A DNA stretch of 32,000 nt from Mycobacterium arosiense ATCC BAA-1401 = DSM 45069 (GCF_002086125.1 NZ_MVHG01000005.1:1-32000), one strand, 5' to 3'; positions 17,422 to 24,959 are shown, counted from the stretch's first letter. The notes: a model not told the origin generated them from the letters alone. Translations and numbers: made by a program.

Positions 17422-18242
17422 GCCGCCACGCGCCGCCACGGCATGAGTCGGTCTCCCAGCGCCCGCACCAGACCGCTCGACAGGTAGCCCGCGATGCCCA
17501 GGCTGATCATCGCCACGACAACCCGCGGTAAGTTGTTGCCTTCGTAGGCGTTCCAGACCAGAAAGCCCAGGCCGCCGTCGCCCGACTGCTGGCCGCCGCC
17601 GGAAATGAGCTCGGCCGCCACCACGACCTCCCAGGTGATGCCCATGCCGACGGCCGCCCCGGTCACCACCGACGGCAGTAGCGCGGGCAGCAGCACCCGC
17701 CGAAAGACGTATGAGCGGCTTGCCCCCATCGACCGTGCGGCCAGCACGTGCCTGCGGTCGATTTGCTCGGCACCGCCAACCGTGTTGAGCACGATCGGAA
17801 AGAGTGCACCCAGGAAAGTCACAAAGGTGATGGACAGCTCCTGAGTCGGCCAGAAAATGATGGCGATCGGCACCCAGGCCAACGGCGGTATCGGCCTCAG
17901 CGATTCGAATACTCCGAACACCACGCGTTTGAACCGGGGACGGGTCGCCATGAGCAGGCCTAACGCGCCACCCACCAGCAGCGCCACGGCGAAGCCGGCC
18001 AGGACGCGCTGGAAGGACAGCGACCAGCTGTTCCAATAGCCCGGCTTGGCAAGGAGTTTCGCGAAGTCGACGATCACCGCGGAGGGTGCCGGCAGCTGTC
18101 CCACCACGGGCACGCTGACTCCGGTCCAGTTGCCTAGCCGGGTAGCCAGCTCCCAGATCGCGGCGAAGACGACGAGGCCGATCGCGCCGCGTCGAAGCCC
18201 CGATGCGTCCGCATGGTCGAGTCGCCATACAAACGTTGTCAC
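17418..18242 (-). CDS. ABC permease 2 (NitT/TauT family), 274 aa
   Basis: It has TM helices and an EAA-type loop (...ARSMGASRSYVFRRVLLPALLPSVVTGAAVGMGITW...). There are 4-nt start/stop overlaps on both sides. Confidence 0.85.
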   Translation of the reverse strand: MTTFVWRLDHADASGLRRGAIGLVVFAAIWELATRLGNWTGVSVPVVGQLPAPSAVIVDFAKLLAKPGYWNSWSLSFQRVLAGFAVALLVGGALGLLMATRPRFKRVVFGVFESLRPIPPLAWVPIAIIFWPTQELSITFVTFLGALFPIVLNTVGGAEQIDRRHVLAARSMGASRSYVFRRVLLPALLPSVVTGAAVGMGITWEVVVAAELISGGGQQSGDGGLGFLVWNAYEGNNLPRVVVAMISLGIAGYLSSGLVRALGDRLMPWRRVAA

Positions 18243-19066
18243 TGCGCCATCTCCCGCTCGCCCGCGTCGAACGCGCGCTTGGCTTCGTCGCGCACCGCCT
18301 CGGAGACCTCGCCGACGAGTTCACGAAAGTAGGGCGCGATGATCAAGTCGCCATCTCGCGGGCGGTCGAGGTCGACGTCAATCGTGGTCTTGGCTCTGCC
18401 CGGCCGGGTGGTCATGACCGTGACACGATCGCCCAGATAAACCGCCTCCTCGATGTCGTGGGTGATGAAAAGCACTGTGACGGAAGAATTGTCGTAAATC
18501 TGCAGCAGCGCATCGTGCATCGCCGAGCGCGAGATCGCGTCCATTCCCCGAAACGGCTCGTCGAGCAGCAGCACGGTCGGCTCCACGACGAGCGCACGCA
18601 GAATCTCCACGCGGCGGTGCACGCCGCTGGACAGTTCACCGGGGTAGCTGCGCGCTACATCGCCCAGGCCGACGTCATGCAGGCGCTCGACGGCGAGCTC
18701 GGCCGCATCCCGGCGGCTCAGTCGCCGCTGGGCCACCAATCCGTAACTGACGTTCTCGGCGACGGTGAACCATGGGAACAAGGTGCTGTCCTGGAAGACC
18801 GCCACCCGGTCGGGGCCGATCGTGGCGATGGGCCGGCCTGGGCCGCAGAGCAATCGACCGTCCAGTTCGATCCGGCCCGAGGTGATGTCGGTGAATCCGG
18901 CAACGGCCCCGAGCAGCGTGCTCTTTCCGCATCCCGACGGTCCGACGATGACGTGCAGTTCACCCGCGGGGATCGCCAGGCTGAAATCCGCTACCGCCAC
19001 CACCGGGGCGCCCGTCGTCCGGTACTCCTTGCCGACACCGCTCAGGACGAGGTTCCCGCCGCTCAT
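18239..19066 (-). CDS. ABC ATP-binding protein 'A' of the five-gene importer; degenerate signature motif
   Basis: Walker A is GPSGCGKST, the Q-loop AVFQDSTLFPW, Walker B LLLDEPFRGMD and the H-loop FITHDIEEA. The signature reads LSSGVHRR instead of LSGG[QM], confirmed at DNA level. Confidence 0.85.
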   Translation of the reverse strand: MSGGNLVLSGVGKEYRTTGAPVVAVADFSLAIPAGELHVIVGPSGCGKSTLLGAVAGFTDITSGRIELDGRLLCGPGRPIATIGPDRVAVFQDSTLFPWFTVAENVSYGLVAQRRLSRRDAAELAVERLHDVGLGDVARSYPGELSSGVHRRVEILRALVVEPTVLLLDEPFRGMDAISRSAMHDALLQIYDNSSVTVLFITHDIEEAVYLGDRVTVMTTRPGRAKTTIDVDLDRPRDGDLIIAPYFRELVGEVSEAVRDEAKRAFDAGEREMAQ

Positions 19067-19836
19067 GATCCGATGCTCCGAGCCCGGTACGCCATCAGCC
19101 GGTCACCGAGCAGTCGGATCAAAGCGCTACTGGCGAAACCGATCACACCGAGGGTGATCATCGCGATCACGATCGTCGGGTAGCGGGTCGTCGTGTATGA
19201 GGCGTTGATGAGGTAACCGAGGCCGAACTGGCCGGCGATCATCTCCCCCGCAACCAGTGAGAACCATGCGACGCCCATACCGATCTGCAGGCCCGTGAAG
19301 ATGTATGGCAGCGATCCCGGAATCACCACGGTGCGCAGTACCTGGTGCGGGCCGGCGCCCAGACACCGCGCCGCCCGTATCAGGTTGGGGTCGATCGAAT
19401 GGACTCCGAGCAACGTGTTCAACGTAACCGCGTAGAACGCCGCCAGGTACGTCAGAAAGATGACCGAGCCCTCCCGGCTGTGAAACATCAACATTGCCAA
19501 GGGAACCCACGCGAGAATGGGGATGGGTCGGATCAATTCGAAGACGGGAAAGGTGTACTGCCGAAATCGCGATGACCACCCTAGCATCAGGCCGATCGGG
19601 ATTCCGGTGATGAGCGCCGCCGCGAAGGCGAGGGCGACGCGCCGAACACTTGCCCAGATGTGCGCGTAATACGACGCCGTGAATACCGATGTTCCGTACG
19701 CCGGGTTGGGGCTCAGCCATTCCCGGATCACCTCGGTCGGACCGGGAAGGCCGCGAAATCGCGGTAGCGCCAGCACGTCGACGCTCAGATACCAGCCGCC
19801 GAGGAACAGTGCGAAGCCGATCAAGGCCAGCGGCAA
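19063..19836 (-). CDS. ABC permease 1 (NitT/TauT family), 257 aa from TTG; N-terminus uncertain
   Basis: It has TM helices and an EAA-type loop (...ARCLGAGPHQVLRTVVIPGSLPYIFTGLQIGMGVAW...). The only in-frame start is TTG at 19836, directly at TM1. See the finding on the overlapping 36-codon ORF upstream. Confidence 0.75.
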   Translation of the reverse strand: MPLALIGFALFLGGWYLSVDVLALPRFRGLPGPTEVIREWLSPNPAYGTSVFTASYYAHIWASVRRVALAFAAALITGIPIGLMLGWSSRFRQYTFPVFELIRPIPILAWVPLAMLMFHSREGSVIFLTYLAAFYAVTLNTLLGVHSIDPNLIRAARCLGAGPHQVLRTVVIPGSLPYIFTGLQIGMGVAWFSLVAGEMIAGQFGLGYLINASYTTTRYPTIVIAMITLGVIGFASSALIRLLGDRLMAYRARSIGS

Positions 19837-20121
19837 CCTCGGCGACAGGATCCGCCGGCGTGTGGGGGTGGCGCGGCCACGGTGCTGCGCGGGGCGGTCA
19901 GGGAAATCGGCTCGGTAGAAAGGGCGCTCACGAGCTACCTTTCTAGGAGGACAGAGGCCCCGCGGCGGACTCGTTAGCGGGCGACTCGATCAGGCCGCAG
20001 GGGCATGCTGGGACAAATCGGTGTCAGCATTCCCGCACCGATGTCACGGTGCAAGAATATGGATCGCCTTGACCCGAACTGCTTCGCCGCGGGGTCGGTG
20101 CCCAATGCTCCCAGGACGCGA

Positions 20122-20151
20122 ACAGCCGGCTCCCGAGCGGGAACCGGCTGT
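20122..20151 (-). terminator. Strong GC-rich hairpin about 30 nt downstream of the lipoprotein gene
   Basis: ACAGCCGGCTCCCG..CGGGAACCGGCTGT pairs at 13 of 14 positions. There is no U-tract, which is common for mycobacterial terminators. Confidence 0.5.
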
Positions 20152-20160
20152 GTGCCCTTG

Positions 20161-20188
20161 TCAGCCGTTGTCAGCCGCCGTCAGCCGT
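20161..20188. repeat. Three copies of TCAGCCG[T/C] at exact 10-bp spacing across the lipoprotein stop codon
   Basis: tcagccgt is at 20161, tcagccgc at 20171 and tcagccgt at 20181. On the minus strand each copy carries a TGA, one in each reading frame. Confidence 0.6.
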
Positions 20189-20462
20189 GCGGTGCCTCGG
20201 AGATCTTGGTGTCCGGCTTGCCGAGTGTCTGGCAGTACGTCGTCACCGACAGGCGCGTCGCGGAGATCTCCACATTGGACGGGTCGGTACCGCTCTTGTC
20301 TTTGAGCATCTTGCTCACTTCGTCGTTCTGCTTCTTCTCGTCCTGCGTGGTGAAGTCCTTGCACTTGGTGTCCCCGCCGGTGTTGATGACCTGTGAGGCC
20401 GAACACGCGCTGGACAGCAAGACGGATGTCGCGAGCGCGGCTGCCGCAAAATACTTCATCAT
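20181..20462 (-). CDS. Small secreted protein or lipoprotein (93 aa), Lys/Asp/Thr-rich with two further Cys
   Basis: The signal peptide MMKYFAAAALATSVLLSSAC has a lipobox-like LSSAC. The mature part reads ...TKCKDFTTQDEKKQNDEVSKMLKD...TTYCQTLGKPD. I do not recognise the family. Confidence 0.65.
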   Translation of the reverse strand: MMKYFAAAALATSVLLSSACSASQVINTGGDTKCKDFTTQDEKKQNDEVSKMLKDKSGTDPSNVEISATRLSVTTYCQTLGKPDTKISEAPHG

Positions 20463-20695
20463 TTGCCTTCCTGGGTGCGAGTAGTGGTATCAGTACACCA
20501 AACCGCCTGATTTCAAACCCGGCAGGGCAATCCGAACTGATGACCGCCGAGTTTGCAGGGCTGCGCGGAAGCGGCCACATCGCGGCGCGCCGCGATGCGA
20601 TCGCGCCCACTGGGAATAACCGCCCGGGTGACCTCACGTTCTACCATCGTCGGTCGGCCGCGAATGCACGTCGGGTCAGGAGGGGAAGACGCTCA

Positions 20696-21922
20696 GTGAC
20701 CTCGTCGAATGTGCGCACCGGCCACGCCGGCATCACCAAAGCCGAACACGAGCCGGCGGAAACCCGGGCGCTTTTTGTCGGCGTGCTGGCCCTGCTCCTC
20801 GCAACGGGATGGGTCGCCAACCACTTCGTCGGGCTGATGCCGGTGATCAGCGACCGGGCCCGCCTCAGCACGACCACGCTCGACGGGATCTTCGGCATCT
20901 ACGCGCTGGGACTGCTTCCCGGGCTGCTCGTCGGCGGGCGCGCGTCGGACGGGCTCGGGCGCCGGTCGGTGGCGCTGACGGGATCGCTGGCCGCCCTGAC
21001 GGGGACGGCGGTCATGCTGCTGTCCCAGCATGCCGACGCGCTGCTGCTGGGTCGCCTGATCGTCGGGATCGGCGTGGGCCTTGCCATCAGTTCGTGCACC
21101 GCGTGGGCCTCGGACCTGAGAGGCCCCGCTGGCGCCGCGACCGCCGGGGCGGTGCTCACTGCCGGTTTCGCCCTCGGACCATTCGTCGGGGGATTCATCG
21201 CGTGGGCCGGACCATCGGGCATCCGGGTGTCATTCGCGGTCGCCGCCGCCATCGTCGTGCTGGCGACGTGCGCCGTCATCGGCGCGGCCCGGCGCACCGA
21301 GGTTGCTCGCCCGGCCGCCGGGTACGACTCCGGGCGGACGGCGCCGGCTGCCCCGGCCGCGGCAGGCTTCGGCCGGGCCCTGAGTTGGGCCATGCCGCTC
21401 GCGCCGTGGGTATACGCCTCGGCGACATTGGGATTCGTCACCATCCCCACCCGGTTACACACTGCTCTGGCGGCTCCCCTGGCGGCCGGCACGGCCACCC
21501 TGATCGTCAACGGTGTCAGCGGCCTCGTGCAGCTCCTGGCCCGCGTACTGCGCTGGGGTCCGCAGTCCGGCACCGTCGGCGCGGTGCTGGCGGCGCTCGG
21601 CTACGCGGTAGCGGCACTGGCGCCTGCGGCCCTGACCCCGGCGCTGGGCCTGCCGCTATTTCTCGTCCTCGGCTGCGCCTCGGGCCTGTGCCTGCGTGAA
21701 GGCTTGATCGACGTCGAGGCCGCCGCACCGTCGCACCTGCGCGGCGCGTTGACCGGGGTGTTCTACGTCGTCACATACGTCGGCTTCGCCCTGCCGCTCA
21801 TCCTGGCCACCGTCGGCTCGGCGGTTTCGGTGGTGATCCTGTCCGCGATGGCCATACTGGCCGCGGCAACGGCGGTCGCCCGCGCGGTGCGGTTACGACG
21901 AGACAGCCACCGCCAAGGCTAA
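20696..21922 (+). CDS. MFS transporter (about 408 aa)
   Basis: It has about 12 hydrophobic helices and an MFS motif-A-like GGRASDGLGRRS. I chose GTG at 20696 because GGAGGGG lies about 10 nt upstream. The tracked ORF start at 20393 adds 100 basic, non-membrane residues. Confidence 0.8.
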   Translation: MTSSNVRTGHAGITKAEHEPAETRALFVGVLALLLATGWVANHFVGLMPVISDRARLSTTTLDGIFGIYALGLLPGLLVGGRASDGLGRRSVALTGSLAALTGTAVMLLSQHADALLLGRLIVGIGVGLAISSCTAWASDLRGPAGAATAGAVLTAGFALGPFVGGFIAWAGPSGIRVSFAVAAAIVVLATCAVIGAARRTEVARPAAGYDSGRTAPAAPAAAGFGRALSWAMPLAPWVYASATLGFVTIPTRLHTALAAPLAAGTATLIVNGVSGLVQLLARVLRWGPQSGTVGAVLAALGYAVAALAPAALTPALGLPLFLVLGCASGLCLREGLIDVEAAAPSHLRGALTGVFYVVTYVGFALPLILATVGSAVSVVILSAMAILAAATAVARAVRLRRDSHRQG

Positions 21923-21945
21923 TTCCGCCCGGCCGGCGGTGAGGA

Positions 21946-22989
21946 TCAAACCAGGTCGCGCAATGTCTCAATCAGCCTGATGCGCTCGGCCGTCGTCGAC
22001 GCGATGGGCGCCACGTTGAGCGTGGTGACCCCCGCCTCCCGGAACGCCGCCAGGCGCTCCTTGACGAATCCGCGGGTACCGATCAGGTTGACGTCGCGCA
22101 CCAGATCGTCGGGCACGACCTTGGCGGCGCCGTCCTTGTCACCGGCCAGATACAACTCCTGAATCCGGTCGGCCTGCGGGCCGTAGCCGTATTTGGTGGC
22201 CAGGGCATGATAGAAGTTCTTGCCCTTGGCGCCCATCCCGCCGATGTAGAGAGCCAGGTGCGATTTGACGGATTCCCTTAACGGCTCGACGTTTTCGCCG
22301 ATGGCCAGGACCGGACCGGCATAGATGTCGAGCTCACCCAGGTCGGGGTCGCGCTTGGCTCGGCCGGCGGCCAGGGCATCCCCCCACACGTCCTGCGCCT
22401 TTTCCGGCAGGTAAAAGATCGGTTGCCACCCCTCCGCGATCTCGGCGGCCAGTTCGACATTCTTGGGCCCCAACGCGGCCAGCAGAATCGGGATACGCTC
22501 TCGGACAGGGGAATTGATGAGCTTGAGCGGTTTGCCGAGCCCGGTGCCCTGGTCAGCGGGCAGCGGAATCGTGTAATGCTTGCCCTGGTGTTGCACGGTC
22601 TCGCGTCGCCACACCTGGCGGCAGATCTCAATGACTTCGCGAGTCCGGCCGATCGGGGCGTCGTAGGGAACGCCGTGAAACCCCTCGATGACCTGCGGAC
22701 CCGAGGCGCCCAGGCCGAGGGTGAACCGCCCGTCGGAGACGTAGTCCAGGCCGGCGGCGGTCATCGCGGTCAGGGTGGGTGTTCGGGTGTAGAGCTGAAG
22801 GATGCCCGAGGCCAGCCCAACCCGCTCGGTGCTGGCGGCCAGGTAACCCAGCGCGCTCACCGCGTCGAACGAATATGCCTCGGGCACAAAGACAATGTCC
22901 AGTCCGGCGCGCTCCAGGTCGGCCACCTCACCGGCGACGTCCTTGAAGCCGCCCGCATAGTTGATGCTCAGTCCAATCCGCATGGTCAT
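21946..22989 (-). CDS. LLM-class (luciferase-like) F420-dependent oxidoreductase, 347 aa
   Basis: MRIGLSINYAGGF...AGLDIVFVPEAYSFDAVSALGYLAA.TERV.LASGILQLYTRTP...GRFTLGLGASGPQVIEGFHG is the characteristic pattern of actinobacterial F420-dependent LLM proteins. Confidence 0.8.
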   Translation of the reverse strand: MTMRIGLSINYAGGFKDVAGEVADLERAGLDIVFVPEAYSFDAVSALGYLAASTERVGLASGILQLYTRTPTLTAMTAAGLDYVSDGRFTLGLGASGPQVIEGFHGVPYDAPIGRTREVIEICRQVWRRETVQHQGKHYTIPLPADQGTGLGKPLKLINSPVRERIPILLAALGPKNVELAAEIAEGWQPIFYLPEKAQDVWGDALAAGRAKRDPDLGELDIYAGPVLAIGENVEPLRESVKSHLALYIGGMGAKGKNFYHALATKYGYGPQADRIQELYLAGDKDGAAKVVPDDLVRDVNLIGTRGFVKERLAAFREAGVTTLNVAPIASTTAERIRLIETLRDLV

Positions 22990-22994
22990 TACTT

Positions 22995-23417
22995 TTACGC
23001 GGTGCCGGATTGATTGGCCAATTCGAGCGCCTCCTGCTGGATTCGACCGAATTGGGCGCCCATCGCCTCGGACAGGGCCGTCGCGCCCGACAGCGGCCGC
23101 ACCATCACCATGAAGTCGTCGATGAGCCCGTCATCGTCGAAGTGCAGGAAGTCGCATCCGGTGATCTGCACCCCCGGTGCTCCGACTATCCCGGTTTCGA
23201 ACACGAAAGCGTGATCGCGACCGCCGGTGTCGTGAATCTCGCGGATATAGCGGAAGTCCTCGAAGATCCGCAATACACCGCGCAGGATGGCGGCGGTGAT
23301 CGGCTTGCCGACGTAGGGCTTGAACGCCACCGGGCTGGTGAAGACCACGGTGTCGGCGAGCATCGCCGCGATGGCCTCCTTGTCGCGCTCTTCGACGGCC
23401 TTGCGGAAGGGGTGCAT
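22995..23417 (-). CDS. SnoaL-like / NTF2-fold protein (140 aa)
   Basis: From the ATG at 23417 it reads MHPFRKAVEERDKEAIAAMLADTVVFTSPVAFKPYVGK...GCDFLHFDDDGLIDDFMVMVRP. It ends 5 nt before the LLM start, so they are probably an operon. The tracked ORF to 23834 is the antisense shadow of padR. Confidence 0.7.
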   Translation of the reverse strand: MHPFRKAVEERDKEAIAAMLADTVVFTSPVAFKPYVGKPITAAILRGVLRIFEDFRYIREIHDTGGRDHAFVFETGIVGAPGVQITGCDFLHFDDDGLIDDFMVMVRPLSGATALSEAMGAQFGRIQQEALELANQSGTA

Positions 23418-23433
23418 GAGCGACCTCGCATAG

Positions 23434-23445
23434 TCAATTAATTGA
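23434..23445. promoter_or_regulatory. AT-only-cored 12-bp perfect palindrome TCAATTAATTGA in the divergent SnoaL/PadR promoter region; candidate PadR operator
   Basis: It is read directly from the sequence and is unusually AT-rich for this genome. It lies 17 nt upstream of the SnoaL-like start and about 95 nt upstream of padR. It does not match the classic ATGT-N8-ACAT PadR site. Confidence 0.3.
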
Positions 23446-23538
23446 GTAGGTGGGTTCGACGCTAGGGCGCCCGTTGCGGGATGTCCAGGGTGCGGTTGGT
23501 CACTTTGTTGAATAATCGCCTCGTTGTAGCATCGACCG

Positions 23539-24147
23539 ATGTCGCTGCGTGACGCGGTATTGGCCGCCCTCCTCGAGGGCGAATCGTCCGGATACGACCT
23601 GGCCAAAGGCTTCGACGCGTCGGTCGCCAACTTCTGGCCGGCCACCCCACAGCAGCTGTATCGCGAACTCGACCGGCTCGCCGAGCAGGGCCTCATCCGG
23701 GCCCGGGTCGTGCAACAGGAACGCCGGCCCAACAAGCGGATGTTCTCGCTGACCGAGGCCGGCCGCGACGCGATCCGGCAGTTCACGACCAGGGCGCCGA
23801 AGCCTTCGGTGATCCGCGATGAGCTACTGGTCAAGGTTCAAGCCGCCGACGCCGGCGACATGGAGGCCGTTCGCGAGTTCATCCGCGACCGGCTGCGCTG
23901 GGCGAGCGCCAAAGAGCAACGTTATGAGCGGTTGCGAAGCCGGATGCTGGACGGGCTCAGCGAAGCCGAGTACCTGGCACAGACCGAGCGGGTTGGCCCC
24001 TACCTGACGCTGATGCGCGGAATCTTGTTCGAAGAGGAGAACATTCGATGGGCCGAACGCGCGCTGACCATCGTCGAACGTCGCCTGTCGACCGACGCTG
24101 CGCACACCGTGCGTCCCCGGCGTGGACGGACTGTTACTCGCCGGTGA
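23539..24147 (+). CDS. PadR family transcriptional regulator (202 aa)
   Basis: The winged-helix region LRDAVLAALLEGESSGYDLAKGF....FWPATPQQLYRELDRLAEQGLI........RPNKRMFSLTEAG is followed by a C-terminal helical domain. Confidence 0.85.
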   Translation: MSLRDAVLAALLEGESSGYDLAKGFDASVANFWPATPQQLYRELDRLAEQGLIRARVVQQERRPNKRMFSLTEAGRDAIRQFTTRAPKPSVIRDELLVKVQAADAGDMEAVREFIRDRLRWASAKEQRYERLRSRMLDGLSEAEYLAQTERVGPYLTLMRGILFEEENIRWAERALTIVERRLSTDAAHTVRPRRGRTVTRR

Positions 24148-24412
24148 GCTCGGACGCCCCACCTGGGCGACAGCGCTTCCGCCGGGCGGGGCGGGCGTGG
24201 TGAGCGCGTCGCCGGGATGTTGTCGACCCAGCGATTCGTCGTGGCCGACCTCCAACTCCAGGCAGGCGCTCGCCCACTTGTGCTTGTGTGCCCCGGTGGT
24301 GGTCGGGCGGGTCAGCCGGTCGGCGGCCTCCTCCAGCCGGCACCAGGAATCGCTGCGGACCTGCCAAAGACTGTTGTAAGCGCGCAAGTGTTCTGTCATG
24401 GCGGCCCTTTCC

Positions 24413-24862
24413 TCAAGGCGCCGTGACCCGCCGCGTCGACGGCGCGGCGCCGCGCTGATCGAGGACCCGCTGCTTGAACTCGAGCACCCGGGGTTGATCG
24501 ACTTCGAACACCGTATGGCCGGCGGGCCACTGCAGCCGGTAGGCGCGAGAATCCAACCCGGCCGCCAGAATGACCGCCTGGCCGGTGCCGGACCGAGCGG
24601 CATCGGCGAAGAACTCGTCGAAGAAACGGGTGCGGACCCCCACCCACTCTGCGTTGAAGGCCGCGGCGCTATTCATGTCCTTCTTGCCCACCGCCGCAAT
24701 CAAATTCGGCTCACCGGCGGCGGCCACGAAGCCGGCGGCGAAGTCGTCGTCGGCCAACGGCGGCTGCAGTCCGGCGTCGAGGGCACGCGCGGCACACACA
24801 GCCAACGCGGTGAAACCGACACTCGTCACGATGTCTCAGGTATCGCCGGCACTTCGGGCCAC
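24413..24862 (-). pseudogene. Decayed SAM-dependent O-methyltransferase (mycobacterial TIGR00027-type family): premature TGA at codon 9 and loss of the C-terminal half
   Basis: Hand translation from GTG at 24862 gives VARSAGDT*DIVTSVGFTALAVCAARAL...QAVILAAGLDSRAYRLQWPAGHTVFEVDQPRVLEFKQRVL...RRVTAP*. The family N-terminus is M.RT..D.WDL..SVGATA, so the TGA at 24836-24838 replaces the conserved Trp (TGG). The reading frame ends at 24413, about 160 aa short, and no continuation appears in any frame. Confidence 0.75.
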
Positions 24863-24959
24863 AACAGCCTCCCATCAAGTCATCAACCAGGCGCGTCACG
24901 ACATAGTTCGCACGGCTAACGATATCGTACGTCAACCGGTTGGGGCGCCACGATCGGTC

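Noticed and set aside
16633-18324. 563-aa ORF as printed
   Set aside because: Its N-terminal 300 aa are Arg/Gly-rich read-through across the permease gene in another frame. The real ATPase starts at the ATGA junction at 17421.
18203-19183. 326-aa plus-strand ORF opposite ATPase A
   Set aside because: It is the antisense shadow of a gene with clear Walker motifs.
20809-21699. 296-aa plus-strand ORF, and the 224-aa minus-strand ORF at 20899..21573, overlapping the MFS gene
   Set aside because: These are out-of-frame or antisense Arg/Pro/Gly-rich translations. The chosen frame gives regular TM helices and MFS motif A.
24122-24379. 85-aa plus-strand and 77-aa minus-strand ORFs in the padR / methyltransferase junction
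   Set aside because: They have no SD and an Arg/Pro-rich composition, and they are mutually exclusive with the better-supported ATG-24399 ORF. They were kept only as alternative frames when I searched for, and did not find, the missing methyltransferase C-terminus.
24919-24943. Two perfect 10-bp palindromes (ACGATATCGT and CAACCGGTTG) between the reductase stop and the pseudogene start
   Set aside because: Perfect 10-bp palindromes are expected roughly once per kb by chance, so about 30 are expected in this window. Their stems have no loop, so they are not terminators. There is no supporting context.
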